64,000 bases of DNA, taken from assembly GCA_963730185.1 (NCBI GenBank), contig CAVSQW010000006.1:352001-416000 (forward strand). Direction: 5' to 3'. The notes below the pieces were generated by a model. The model was given only the letters and a program-made list of their open reading frames with translations. It did not search any database and was not told the origin of the DNA. Every line of letters starts with the position of its first letter. Positions within the stretch are counted from its first letter, which is position 1. The translations under genes were made by a program, and so were the position numbers. This stretch comes from an uncultured Gemmatimonadales bacterium. Lineage in GTDB: Bacteria; Gemmatimonadota; Gemmatimonadetes; Gemmatimonadales; GWC2-71-9. This document shows, in pieces, positions 1-11,696 of this stretch.

Positions 1-211
1 GCGGAAAGCTTCCGCATGCCGGACTGCAGTGCATTGATCTCCGGCAGCACCGGCAGGGCGTCGAACGACCGGATCAGCTCCGCCAGGTTGCCGGGAACGA
101 AGGTGTAGACCACCGGCTCGCCGGTCTCGGCGCCCGCTCCAGCCGCTCGAAATGCTCCGCGATCATCTCCTTCTGGAGCACCATCGAGCGGTCCTTCAGG
201 GCCTCCGCCAT
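1..211 (-). CDS. bcrB: benzoyl-CoA reductase (class I) subunit B, 5' part; runs off the window; 1-nt frameshift near 133
   Basis: MAEALKDRSMVLQKEMIAEHFERLER, then in the shifted frame ETGEPVVYTFVPGNLAELIRSFDALPVLPEINALQSGMRK, matching the Thauera-type BcrB/BadE N-terminus; TAATG overlap with the bcrC stop. Confidence 0.88.
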
Positions 212-1377
212 TATGCACCTCCCCACAGCTTGATCGAGTCGGAGAACGTGCCTGCCTGCTCCCGGTACTGTTGGAACTGCCCCGTGTTCTCCGAATACTT
301 GAAGGCGATGCACGGGATGCCCGCCGCCTCGGCGCCGGTCCGCAACATCGGCTGATCGAGAAGGGCGGGGTCACAGAAGCTCGGGGCGGCGAAGATGATC
401 CCGTCGGCCCGCGCGGCCGCGACCCGCTCCCGCATCAGGCGCCGCTTGCCGGCGGGGTCCGGCTCGTACAGCACCGAGGTGTGGAGGTTGTTGCCCACCA
501 GCGCCTCGGCGAGCGCTCGCACCGGATCACCGTCCAACGAGACGTCGCCCTGGAGGAACCGATTGCCGAGCACAAAGTCGTCGTCGACGATGTAGCAGCC
601 GGCCCGCTCGATCGACTTGATCAGGCCCAGAGGCGGCTGCTCGCAGAACGCACCCGTCACCACGACCCGGCTGTTGTCCCGGAGCCGGCCCGGCTCCTCC
701 GCCACCGCTTCGAGGTAGCGGCTCGCCTGGCTCAGGAACTCCGATGCCGGCGCCACCTCACCCGCCCGCATCAGCAGATAGAGCTCTTCGCTGGGGACGT
801 CCGCCGGTCGCTCCCGCCGGGCGTCGTAGAGCGAGCGCACCATGCGACGGACCTCGTTGTACAACGCGAGCGAGCCGCGGAGCTCGGACTCGGTGGGCGG
901 CCGCCCCGACCGCTCCCCGAGATCGGCGATGACGTGCCGCAGCTCGGCTTCCCAGAAATCGGTCGCCAGGGCGCGATCGGGCGCCTGAGGAACGTCCATG
1001 TACCGGACATAGAGGTCCGGATAGAGCAGCTTCCAGATCCCGGAGAGGTTCCGGATGACGTCGCAGGTCGACGGGAAGAGAATCGCCGACAGGAAATCGA
1101 GCCGCCCGGACTGGGCCAGCTCGATCACCGACCGCGGGAGGTGACAGATATAGGACTGATAGAAGGCGTCGCCTCGGATGATCTCGAGACGGTCGCCGCC
1201 GCCGTGGATCCCTACGGGATGGTAGCCACAGGCGTGCAGCAGCTCGCGGGGAGCATAGACCGGCAGGTAGCCACCGGCCAGGCGGCCGGGCTCCTCGGCC
1301 AACCAGCTCCGGACCGAGGTGAAGTCGAGGTCTTCGTACAGGCCCCGAGCCCAATCAACCACAGTGGCTCGCGACAC
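211..1377 (-). CDS. bcrC: benzoyl-CoA reductase (class I) subunit C
   Basis: LYEDLDF, GDAFYQSYICHLPRS, FPSTCDVIRNLSG, FCEQPPLGLIKSIE, AAPSFCDPALL and REQAGTFSDSIKLW are BcrC/BadD motifs; GTG at 1377 with GGAGG upstream. Confidence 0.93.
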   Translation of the reverse strand: MSRATVVDWARGLYEDLDFTSVRSWLAEEPGRLAGGYLPVYAPRELLHACGYHPVGIHGGGDRLEIIRGDAFYQSYICHLPRSVIELAQSGRLDFLSAILFPSTCDVIRNLSGIWKLLYPDLYVRYMDVPQAPDRALATDFWEAELRHVIADLGERSGRPPTESELRGSLALYNEVRRMVRSLYDARRERPADVPSEELYLLMRAGEVAPASEFLSQASRYLEAVAEEPGRLRDNSRVVVTGAFCEQPPLGLIKSIERAGCYIVDDDFVLGNRFLQGDVSLDGDPVRALAEALVGNNLHTSVLYEPDPAGKRRLMRERVAAARADGIIFAAPSFCDPALLDQPMLRTGAEAAGIPCIAFKYSENTGQFQQYREQAGTFSDSIKLWGGA

Positions 1378-1466
1378 AGCCCGTGCCTCCGATCTTGCAA
1401 CGGGCCGTCCGGAGCACCCCACCCCACCCCCCCGACTCGCCAACCCCTGCCGGCCCGGACGGGCCC

Positions 1467-1495
1467 TAGAAAACAGAACGAACGTTCGATATAAT
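1467..1495 (+). promoter_or_regulatory. divergent sigma70 promoter for the HCDH/ECH gene
   Basis: TAGAAA (1467-72), 17 bp, TATAAT (1490-95); GAAC-N4-GTTC lies in the spacer. Confidence 0.55.
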
Positions 1496-1520
1496 ACGAA
1501 ACCGCCCAACGGCGGTCAAG
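1476..1520 (-). promoter_or_regulatory. sigma70 promoter for bcrCB with palindromic operator
   Basis: minus strand TTGACC (1519-1514), 17 bp, TATTAT (1496-1491), then TCGAAC-GTTC-GTTC. Confidence 0.7.
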
Positions 1521-1587
1521 GGGTCCCCTCCCCTCCGAAGCATGCCGTTCGTTCCTTTGCGCCCGGGTGCCCCGGGGGGAGTCACGT

Positions 1588-3609
1588 GTGACCTATCGCT
1601 CGCCCGCCATCGTTCTGTCGAAGATCGGGATCGTCGGATCGGGGCAGATCGGTCCCGACATCGCCCTCTATTTCGCCAAGGCCCTTCAGTCCCATGGGGT
1701 GACCGTCGAGGTCGTCGATATCGCGCCTGATGCGCTCGAGCGGGGCCGGGCCAAGCTGGCTCAGAAGGTGGAGAAGGGCCGTGAAACCGGCGCCTTCAAG
1801 CCGGCCGAGGCGGAGGCCATCGTTCGGGCCGTGACGTTCTCGAGCGACTACGGCCGGCTCGCCGGCTCCGACCTGGTGATCGAGGCGGCGACCGAGAACG
1901 TCACGACCAAGCGCCGGATCTTCGCCCAGCTGGAGCAGCTCTGCGCGCCCGACGCGCTGCTGGCATCGAACTCCTCCCACCTTCCCCCGGAAGACATCTT
2001 CGCCGAGCTCGCGCATCCCGAGAGGGCGCTGGTGATCCACTACTTCTTTCCGGCGGAGCGGAATCCCCTGGTGGAGATCGTCCCCGGCCGTCGCACCCAG
2101 CCCGCCGTGGCCGACCGGCTGATGGCATTCTACGAAGCCCTCGGGAAGGTGCCGATCCTGGTCCGGAGCCGGTACGGCTATGCCGTCGACCCGGTGTTCG
2201 AAGGCCTGTTCCTCGCCGCCGCGTTCGCCGTGGAGGCCGGTCTGGGCACCACCCGCGAGGTCGACGCGGCCGCCCGGCGGGCGCTGGGATTGGGGGTCGG
2301 GCCGTTCACCGCCATCAACCTGACCGGCGGCAACCCGATCACCGACCACGGCCTCGACGAGATGCAGCGGCGCTTCGGCGGGTGGTTCCGGTCACCGCGC
2401 CTCATGAAGGAGGCGATTGCCTCCGGCCGCCCCTGGGAGGTTCCCGGTCGCGGAGAAAAGGTCACGCTCAGCGCCGACGCCGAGCGGCGGATCGCCGAGT
2501 GGATGCAGGGCGCCTACTTCGGATTGGTGGGCCAGGTGCTCGATACCGGCATCGTCGCGCTCGAGGATCTGGAGATGGCGATCGAGCTCGGCCTGGCAAT
2601 GCGCCCGCCGTTCGGCTTCATGAACGAGGTCGGGCCGGCCCGCGCCCTGAAGCTCGTCGAAGCGTTCGCGGCGACCAACCCGGACTTCAGCGTGCCGACC
2701 TGCCTGACCCGCCAGGCCCGCTCGGGGCGGCCCTTCCCGATCCCGCAGGTCCTCCGTCGCGATGAGGGCGATGTGGCGGTGCTGACGATCCGGCGGCCCC
2801 GGGTCTTGAACGCGCTCGACGAGGAAGTCTACCGACAGCTGACGGATCATTTCACGACCATTCGCGACGATCCCGCCGTCGCGGCCGTCGTTCTCACCGG
2901 CTTCGGCACCAAGGCGTTCGTCTCGGGCGCCGACGTCAACTTTCTCGCCCGGATCCAAACGGTGGAGGAAGGCATCGCCACCTCCGAGCGGTCCAAGGTG
3001 CCTGGGGGCCTGATCGAACAGCTCGGCAAACCGGTCATCTGCGCGCTCAACGGCTCCGCGATCGGTGGCGGCAACGAGCTGGCCATGTGCTGCACCGCCA
3101 GAATCGCGCGGCGGGGGCTCAAGGTCGCCGCGTCCCAGCCGGAGGCGAACCTTGGCATCGTACCGGGCGCTGGGGCGACCCAGCGATTGCCCCGCTTGGT
3201 GGGGGTCGAACGGGCGGCCGAGATGCTCCGGACCGGGCGGCCGCTCTCCGGAGCCGAGGCCGTCGAGTGGGGCCTGATCCGGGCCGAGGTCGACGGCGAC
3301 GTGGTCATCGCGGCGATCCGGCTGGCGCGGGCGGCGGCCACGGGGGAAGTCACGCTCCGTCCGATCGACCCGGCGCCGATGACGACTCCCGATACCTTGC
3401 CAGCTGTCGACCTCGGGCACCTGAGTCAGGCTACGGACGCCCTGATCTGTCAGGCGGTAATCGAGGGATGTCGCCTCCCGTTGCCGCTGGGACTGCGGTT
3501 CGAGTCCGAGATGTTCGGGGCGTGCTGTGCCACGGACGACATGCGGATCGGGGTCGACAACTTCATCGAGCGGGGCCCGCGGTCACAGGCCGTGTTCGCG
3601 CACCACTGA
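1588..3609 (+). CDS. fused 3-hydroxyacyl-CoA dehydrogenase / enoyl-CoA hydratase
   Basis: GIVGSGQIG Rossmann motif, VIEAATE, ASNSS, HYFFPA; C-terminal crotonase domain (AFVSGAD, GGGNELA, PEANLGIVPGAGATQRL). Confidence 0.9.
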   Translation: MTYRSPAIVLSKIGIVGSGQIGPDIALYFAKALQSHGVTVEVVDIAPDALERGRAKLAQKVEKGRETGAFKPAEAEAIVRAVTFSSDYGRLAGSDLVIEAATENVTTKRRIFAQLEQLCAPDALLASNSSHLPPEDIFAELAHPERALVIHYFFPAERNPLVEIVPGRRTQPAVADRLMAFYEALGKVPILVRSRYGYAVDPVFEGLFLAAAFAVEAGLGTTREVDAAARRALGLGVGPFTAINLTGGNPITDHGLDEMQRRFGGWFRSPRLMKEAIASGRPWEVPGRGEKVTLSADAERRIAEWMQGAYFGLVGQVLDTGIVALEDLEMAIELGLAMRPPFGFMNEVGPARALKLVEAFAATNPDFSVPTCLTRQARSGRPFPIPQVLRRDEGDVAVLTIRRPRVLNALDEEVYRQLTDHFTTIRDDPAVAAVVLTGFGTKAFVSGADVNFLARIQTVEEGIATSERSKVPGGLIEQLGKPVICALNGSAIGGGNELAMCCTARIARRGLKVAASQPEANLGIVPGAGATQRLPRLVGVERAAEMLRTGRPLSGAEAVEWGLIRAEVDGDVVIAAIRLARAAATGEVTLRPIDPAPMTTPDTLPAVDLGHLSQATDALICQAVIEGCRLPLPLGLRFESEMFGACCATDDMRIGVDNFIERGPRSQAVFAHH

Positions 3610-3833
3610 CCCTCTGGTGGGGGAGGAAGCTCAGGACTCGTCGACCCGGTCCCGAACGACCTCCCCGCGCCAATCATCCAGAAGACGGCGGGTAGCTTCG
3701 GGCACGGCGAGCGAACCCCTCTTCGGCGTTCTGGAACTCGGCCCGCCGGCGGCGAGCCCGCGCTCGACGTCAGAGGACGGTCCCCGCCAGATTCCAGACA
3801 GCCACGACCCACGACCCCAGGCCTCGAGGACGA

Positions 3834-4322
3834 ATGGTTTACCACGAGCTGACGCCCGGCCGTATCATCCACGGAGGGTCCCGCGAGGTCACCGAACGCG
3901 AGATCGTCGAGTTCGCCGAACGGTACGATCCCCAGCCCTTTCACACCGATCCCAAGGCGGCCGCCGCCAGCCGTTGGAACGGGCTCATCGCGAGCGGATG
4001 GATGACCTGCGCGATCGCCATGGAGTTGGTGGCCCGGGAGATTCTCCCGGGCTCCGAATCGACCGGGTCACCCGGAGTCGAGGCAATCGAATGGCCAGCG
4101 CCGGTCCGACCTGGTGACCGTCTCGAGCTCACCGTGACCGTCCTCGCGTCCCGGATCTCGAGCTCCGGGAAGATCGGGATCGTTCGCTGGCGCTGGGAGC
4201 TGCACAACCAGCACCGGATGCTGGTCTTGCGCTTGGTCGGCACGAGCTTCTTCGACGTCACCGCTCCAGCGGTGACCTCGCCTTCGGGCGGACCAACCGA
4301 ACCGGGCTCGACGCCCGGCTGA
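3834..4322 (+). CDS. MaoC family (hotdog) dehydratase
   Basis: FAERYDPQPFHTD...GLIASGW...WPAPVRPGD. Confidence 0.88.
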   Translation: MVYHELTPGRIIHGGSREVTEREIVEFAERYDPQPFHTDPKAAAASRWNGLIASGWMTCAIAMELVAREILPGSESTGSPGVEAIEWPAPVRPGDRLELTVTVLASRISSSGKIGIVRWRWELHNQHRMLVLRLVGTSFFDVTAPAVTSPSGGPTEPGSTPG

Positions 4323-4348
4323 CCCGGACCGTCGCCCCACGCCAGCCG

Positions 4349-4399
4349 CTTGACCGCCGTTCCCGGCCACGATAGAATCGTTCTCGAACACTCGTTCGA
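4349..4399 (+). promoter_or_regulatory. sigma70 promoter and operator of the box operon
   Basis: TTGACC (4350-55), 17 bp, TAGAAT (4373-78); perfect TCGAAC-ACTC-GTTCGA at 4384-4399. Confidence 0.75.
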
Positions 4400-4501
4400 A
4401 TTTCATCGAGGAGCGCCCGCTGCAATGACCGACCCGCCGACCCTGAATCGAGCCAGCGGCTCGACCGCCTGTTCGCCTGCCGCGAGCGGCGTCGGCACGA
4501 G

Positions 4502-5326
4502 ATGAGGACCGATCGAATCACCGTCGACGGGGTGACCCTGGAGAGCCGCTGGATCGGGCCGGGGCCGGCCGACGCGCCTACGATCGTGATGCTCCATGAG
4601 GGACTCGGCTCGGCCGGGCTCTGGGGCCGCTTTCCCGACGAGCTTGCCCGGGTGAGCGGATGTGGAGTCTTCGTCTATTCGCGCGCGGGCTATGGCCGAT
4701 CCGATCCGATTGCTTTGCCTCGTCCCCTGAGCTACATGCACGACGAGGCGCTCGGCGTGTTGCCGAGCGTGCTGTCGTTGATCGGCTTCGAGCGGGGCCT
4801 GCTCCTGGGACACAGCGACGGTGCCTCGATCGCCACCCTCTATGCCGGCGGCATCGAGGACCACCGGGTGCGCGGCCTGATTCTCCTCGCCCCCCATTTC
4901 TTCGTCGAGGAGCTGGGGATCCGGAGCATCGAGCAGGCCCGATCGGCGTACCAGGAGGGCGATCTTCGTGAGCGCCTCGCCCGCCACCATGGGGACAACG
5001 TGGACACCGCGTTTTGGGGCTGGAGCCGCGCCTGGCTCGATCCCGAGTTTCGCGGGTGGGACATTCGCGAGTCCCTGGGTTACATCCGGGTCCCGATCCT
5101 CATCGTTCAGGGCACGGCGGATCAGTACGGCACCACGGCCCAGATCGAGGCCGCGCAGGAGGAGACCTACTGCCCCGTGGACGTGGCGCTGATCGACGGT
5201 GCGGGTCACGCCCCTCACCTGGAGCGGCCGGTCGAGACGGTGACCGCGGTCGCCACCTTTCTCGAAACGCTGCTCGTGACGATGGGCGAAGGTGCTCGGT
5301 CGGCGGCGGGAGGCTCGACCCCATGA
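4502..5326 (+). CDS. alpha/beta hydrolase, box-cluster associated (putative lactonase/thioesterase)
   Basis: LHEGLGS, GHSDG nucleophile motif, GHAPH; ATGA-coupled to boxC. Confidence 0.88.
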   Translation: MRTDRITVDGVTLESRWIGPGPADAPTIVMLHEGLGSAGLWGRFPDELARVSGCGVFVYSRAGYGRSDPIALPRPLSYMHDEALGVLPSVLSLIGFERGLLLGHSDGASIATLYAGGIEDHRVRGLILLAPHFFVEELGIRSIEQARSAYQEGDLRERLARHHGDNVDTAFWGWSRAWLDPEFRGWDIRESLGYIRVPILIVQGTADQYGTTAQIEAAQEETYCPVDVALIDGAGHAPHLERPVETVTAVATFLETLLVTMGEGARSAAGGSTP

Positions 5327-7006
5327 CGACGGCCACCGCCCGCGGCTCGGAGCCAAGGATCGACTTCCAGACCCGGCCGGACGACTACCGGCACTGGAGG
5401 CTCGAGATCGACGGGCCGATCGCCTTTCTCACCATGGCCGTGTCGGAGGCCGGCGGCCTGTTTCCCGGCTACGAGCTCAAGATGAACTCGTACGACCTGG
5501 GCGTCGACATCGAGCTCCACGACGCGGTGCAGCGGCTCCGCTTCGAACACCCGGCGGTCAAGGTGGTGGTGCTCCGGTCCGCGCTGGAGCGGGTCTTCTG
5601 CGCCGGCGCGAATATCCGGATGCTCTCGCAGGCGAGCCACCCTCACAAGGTCAACTTCTGCAAGTTCACCAACGAGACCCGGAACGCGATCGAGGACGGC
5701 GGGCGCCGAGAGCGGTCAGCGCTACCTGGCGGCGGTGAGCGGCAGCGCGGCGGGCGGCGGCTACGAGCTCGCCTTGGCGGCCGACCACATCATGCTGGTG
5801 GACGATCGGAGCTCATCGGTCTCGTTTCCCGAGACGCCGCTGCTCGCGGTGCTACCGGGGACCGGCGGCCTCACCCGTCTGGTCGACAAGCGCAAGGTCC
5901 GCCGCGACCGGGCCGACGTGTTCTCGACCCTCGAGGAAGGCATTCGGGGCCAGCGGGCGGTGGCGTGGCGGCTCGTCGACGAGGCGGTCCCCAAGTCGGC
6001 CTGGGACTCCGCCGTCCGCGCTCGCGCCCTCGAGCTGGCGGACCGGTCGGATCGTCCGGACGGCGCCAGCGGCGTGGTGCTCCATCCGCTCCAGCGGACC
6101 TTCGGCGCCGACCGGGTGAGCTACCGCTACGTCGAGGTCGAGATCGACCGCGCCGGACGCCTCGCCCATCTTCGAGTACGGGGTCCCGCCGAATCGGCGC
6201 CGGCATCCCCGGAGCAGATCGCGGTCGAGGGCGATCGGTTCTGGCCGCTCGCCCTGGCTCGGGAGCTGGACGACGCCATCCTCCACCTCCGGCTGAACGA
6301 GCCGGAGATCGGTCAGCTCCTGCTGCACACGAGCGGCGACCCCGTGGCGGTGCAGTCGTACGATGCCCTGCTCGAGGCGGGCGTGGGGGACTGGCTGGTG
6401 CGCGAGATTCGCCTTCTCTGGAAGCGGGTGCTGAAGCGGCTCGACCTGACCTCCCGTACTCTGATCGCGTTGATCGAGCCGGGCAGCTGCTTCGCGGGAA
6501 CGCTGGCCGAGCTGGCGTTCGCGGCCGATCGGTCGGTGATGGTGGATGGCACCCTGAGCGGCGACCCCTACCCCGCCCCGGTCCTGGTGCTGGGCTCGAC
6601 CAACTTCGGGACCTACCCCATGAGCAACGGACTCTCCCGACTCGCGACCCGATTCCTGGGCGAGCCCGAGAGCGTCGGGCGCGCCCGGGAACGGCTTGGT
6701 GAGCCGCTCGACGCCGAGTCCGCCGACACGCTCGGGCTCGTGACCTTCATCTTCGACGACACCGACTGGGCCGACGAGATCCGGATCATGCTGGAGGAGC
6801 GCGCCAGCTTCTCGCCCGACGCGCTCACCGGCATGGAGGCCAATCTCCGCTTCGCCGGACCCGAAACGATGGAAACCAAGATCTTCGGACGCTTGACCGC
6901 CTGGCAGAACTGGATCTTCCAGCGACCCAACGCGGCCGGCGACGAGGGCGCGCTCAAGCGCTACGGCACGGGCGTGCAGCCGACCTACGACCGGAAGCGG
7001 GTGTGA
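5323..7006 (+). CDS. boxC: 2,3-epoxybenzoyl-CoA dihydrolase; one extra base near 5698 splits the ORF
   Basis: YELKMNSYDLGVDIELHDAVQRLRFEHP, HKVNFCKFTNETRN, ERASFSPDALTGMEANLRF, IFGRLTAWQNWIFQRPNA are BoxC motifs; removing one G restores ESGQRYLAAVSGSAAGGGYEL. Confidence 0.92.
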
Positions 7007-7009
7007 TCG

Positions 7010-8458
<1,449 letters not shown>

Positions 8459-8509
8459 GCGAAGATCGGACGCGGCCGGGCCGCGCCGGTTCACGCCGCC
8501 GAGCCGTCC

Positions 8510-9151
8510 ATGTTTCCCGTCAGGGAGGTACCCGGTCGCCGCCAGGGCTGGTATTACCGACTCCAGGCCTGGGCGCTGGCCCGCGGGAGCCACTACTACG
8601 AGGGCCGGGTCGACCCGTACAAGCGGCGGCTGTTCGGCCCGCTCCGCGGGCGGGTGATCGAGATCGGACCCGGGGCCGGCGCCAGCTTTGCCTACCTCGA
8701 CCCGAGCGTCCGCTGGCTCGGGATCGAGCCGAACCTCCACAACCATCCGCACCTCGTCCGCCGCGCGGCCGAGCGAGGGCTCACGATCGAGTTGCAGGCG
8801 GGGTTGGCCGATCGGCTGCCGGCCGCCGACGGCGCGGTCGATCACGTCATCTCGAGTCTGGTGCTCTGCACCGTCCCCGATCCCCCGGCCGTACTCGCGG
8901 AAATCCGCCGGGTGCTCCGGCCCGGCGGCACCCTGGTCTTCCTCGAGCACGTCGTGGCCCACGACGCGGGGCGGGCCGGCCGACAGCGATGGATCAAGCC
9001 CCTCTGGCGACGGCTGATGGACGGCTGCGAGCCGGATCGCGACACCGAGGCCGTCATCCGCGGCGCCGGGTTTCGGGCGGTGGAGGTCGAACGATTCGAC
9101 GTCCGGGTCCCCATTGCCGGGCCGCACATCGCGGGTCGGGCGATCGCCTGA
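8510..9151 (+). CDS. class I SAM-dependent methyltransferase
   Basis: VIEIGPGAG, LVLCTVPD, RRVLRPGG, FLEHV. Confidence 0.88.
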   Translation: MFPVREVPGRRQGWYYRLQAWALARGSHYYEGRVDPYKRRLFGPLRGRVIEIGPGAGASFAYLDPSVRWLGIEPNLHNHPHLVRRAAERGLTIELQAGLADRLPAADGAVDHVISSLVLCTVPDPPAVLAEIRRVLRPGGTLVFLEHVVAHDAGRAGRQRWIKPLWRRLMDGCEPDRDTEAVIRGAGFRAVEVERFDVRVPIAGPHIAGRAIA

Positions 9152-9193
9152 GGCGGGGGTTAGTATTCGGCCGAACCCGAACCCTTTCGTCGC

Positions 9194-10528
9194 ATGCGGA
9201 CCTCGATCTCAGCCCTGCTCCTCACGGGCCTCGCGCTCCTCGCCACCGCCCGGAACGCCGCCGGCCAATCGCTCACCGACCGGGAAGCGCGGATCCGTGG
9301 GGCCGTGAGCCACGGCTACGAGCCGGCCATCGGCCTGCTCGAGCGCTCGGTGAACATCGGAAGCGGCACCCTCAACCTCGAGGGCGTCCGCGCCGTGGGC
9401 CGGCTCTTCCAAGCGCAGCTCGACTCGCTGGGCTTCACCACCCGCTGGCTCGACCTCCCACCCGAGCTCAAGCGGGCGGGCCACCTGCTCGCGGAGCGTC
9501 ACGGCGCCAAGGCCGATCCGGCCGGCAAGCGGCTGCTCCTGATCGGCCACCTCGATACCGTTTTCGAAGGACCGGGACAGCGATTCGCCCGCCGGGACAC
9601 GGTGGCCCGCGGTGCCGGAACCTCCGACATGAAGGGCGGCGACGTCGCCATCGTCCTCGCCCTCCGCGCCTTGGCAACCGTCGGTGCCTTGGACGAGATG
9701 GACGTCACCGTGGTGATGACCGGCGACGAGGAGAGCCCCGGCCGCCCGGTCGAGGCCACCCGCCGGCCCCTGGTCGAGGCCGCCCGCCAGGCCGACGTGG
9801 CCCTGGCGTTCGAGGGGGGCGACGCCCGGACCGCCACCATCTCCCGGCGGGGCTCGAGCAGCTGGATCCTCACGGTCACGGGCCGGCAATCGCACTCGTC
9901 CGGGATCTTCCGGCCGGGTGCGGGTTACGGCGCGATCTTCGAAGCCGCCCGGATCCTCGACGGGTTCCGCGACCACCTGGCCGGCCAGCCCTACCTGACC
10001 TTCAACCCGGGCGCGATCGTCGGCGGGACCGAGGTGAGCTTCGACAGCACGGCGGTGAGCGGCCAGACCGCCGGCAAGACCAACATCATCGCCCGTTCCG
10101 CCGTGGTCGAGGGCGACCTCCGCTTCCTGACCGAATCGCAGAAGGACTCGGCCCGGGCCGTGATGCGCGCCGTCGTGTCCGACAACCTCCCCGGGACCAG
10201 TGCTCGGATCACCTTCGAAGACAGCTATCCCGGTATGCCCCCGACCGACGGCGCCCGGGCCCTATTGCGGGTGTTCGACGGCGTCAGCCAGGCGCTGGGC
10301 TACCCCGCGATCGAGCCGCTCCCGCCCGACCGGCGCGGGGCGGGCGACGTCGCCTTCGTCGGGACGATCATCCCCGGCCTCGACGGCCTGGGCGTCACCG
10401 GCTTCGGCGCCCACAGTCCGGAGGAAGGCGTCTACCTGCCCTCGCTCCGGATGGCGGCCGAGCGGGCCGCCGTGCTGATGGCGCGGCTGGCCCGGATCAA
10501 GGGAGCCGGCGGGGCAGCCCAGCCCTGA
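9194..10528 (+). CDS. exported M20 metallopeptidase (carboxypeptidase G2-like)
   Basis: signal peptide; GHLDTV, DMKGG, DEE, GAHSPEE. Confidence 0.9.
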   Translation: MRTSISALLLTGLALLATARNAAGQSLTDREARIRGAVSHGYEPAIGLLERSVNIGSGTLNLEGVRAVGRLFQAQLDSLGFTTRWLDLPPELKRAGHLLAERHGAKADPAGKRLLLIGHLDTVFEGPGQRFARRDTVARGAGTSDMKGGDVAIVLALRALATVGALDEMDVTVVMTGDEESPGRPVEATRRPLVEAARQADVALAFEGGDARTATISRRGSSSWILTVTGRQSHSSGIFRPGAGYGAIFEAARILDGFRDHLAGQPYLTFNPGAIVGGTEVSFDSTAVSGQTAGKTNIIARSAVVEGDLRFLTESQKDSARAVMRAVVSDNLPGTSARITFEDSYPGMPPTDGARALLRVFDGVSQALGYPAIEPLPPDRRGAGDVAFVGTIIPGLDGLGVTGFGAHSPEEGVYLPSLRMAAERAAVLMARLARIKGAGGAAQP

Positions 10529-10532
10529 CGCC

Positions 10533-11696
10533 TCAGTATCTCGGGATCGACGGGTCGACCTCGGCGCTCCACGCCGTGATCCCGCCAGCCAGGTTCCAAA
10601 CCCGGGTGAATCCTTCCAGCGCCAGCAGCGCCACCGCCTGGGCGCTCCGCGCGCCCCCCTTGCAGTAGATCACGATGTCCTGATCGCGGGGCAGCGAGGG
10701 GATCGTCTCGGGAAAGTCCGCCAACGGGACCAGCCGGGCCGGCCCGAGGTGCCCGATCGCCCACTCGAAGGGCTCCCGGACGTCGATCAGGAGCGGATCG
10801 TCGCCCCGCTCGATCCGCCGGGCCAGCTCGCGGACCGAGAGCTCCTGGAGGGTCGGCCCGGTCGCGGGGGTGTCGCAGGCCACCTCGACCTCGCACAGCT
10901 CCAGGATTTCCCGGGTGCCGCAGGCCGGGCAGGCCGGATCCTTCCGGATCTTCACCTTCCGGAACTCGGCTCCTAACGCGTCGACCAGCAGCAGCTCGCC
11001 GATCAGCGGCCGGCCGATCCCGAGCAGGAGCTTGAGCGCCTCGGTCGCCTGGATCGTCCCCACCAGCCCCGGCAACACACCCAGCACCCCGCCCTCGGCG
11101 CAGTTCGGCACCGCGCCCGCCGGCGGCGGGTTCCGGAAGAGGCAGCGGTAGCACGGCCCCTCCTCCGTCGCGAACACCGACGCCTGGCCCTCGAAGCGGA
11201 AGATGCTCCCGTACGCGTTCGGCACGCCCAGGATCACGCAGGCGTCGTTGACCAAATAGCGGGTCCCGAAGTTGTCGGTCCCGTCGACCACGACGTCGTA
11301 TCCATGGATGATCTCCAGCGCGTTCTCCGCCGAGAGCCGGGTGTCGTATCGCTCCACCTTCACGTGCGGGTTCAGATCCTTGAGCCGGGCTTCGGCCGAA
11401 TCCAGCTTCGAGGTCCCCACCGTGCTGGTGCCGTGGAGGATCTGCCGCTGGAGATTGGTCTCGTCCACCCGGTCGAAGTCCACGAGGCCGAGATGGCCCA
11501 CCCCGGCGGCGGCCAGGTAGAGCGCCACCGGCGAGCCCAACCCGCCGGCGCCGACGATCAGCACCCGGCTCTGCTTGAGCCGGCGCTGACCGTCGATCCC
11601 GACGTCGGGGAGGATCAGGTGCCGGCTGTAGCGAAGCAGCTCGGCGTTGGAGAGCGACGGCGCGGCGTCGATGATCGCGGTGCCCATGGCGCTCAC
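10533..11696 (-). CDS. moeB: sulfur-carrier adenylyltransferase/sulfurtransferase MoeB/MoeZ (ThiF + rhodanese)
   Basis: RYSRHL, GAGGLG, NLQRQ, PCYRC, CAEGGVLG, CPAC; rhodanese CKGGARS. Confidence 0.93.
   Translation of the reverse strand: MSAMGTAIIDAAPSLSNAELLRYSRHLILPDVGIDGQRRLKQSRVLIVGAGGLGSPVALYLAAAGVGHLGLVDFDRVDETNLQRQILHGTSTVGTSKLDSAEARLKDLNPHVKVERYDTRLSAENALEIIHGYDVVVDGTDNFGTRYLVNDACVILGVPNAYGSIFRFEGQASVFATEEGPCYRCLFRNPPPAGAVPNCAEGGVLGVLPGLVGTIQATEALKLLLGIGRPLIGELLLVDALGAEFRKVKIRKDPACPACGTREILELCEVEVACDTPATGPTLQELSVRELARRIERGDDPLLIDVREPFEWAIGHLGPARLVPLADFPETIPSLPRDQDIVIYCKGGARSAQAVALLALEGFTRVWNLAGGITAWSAEVDPSIPRY

Noticed and set aside
5690..5740. Programmed frameshifting in boxC and other split genes
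   Set aside because: No slippery heptamers, and there are too many unrelated cases; sequencing error is simpler
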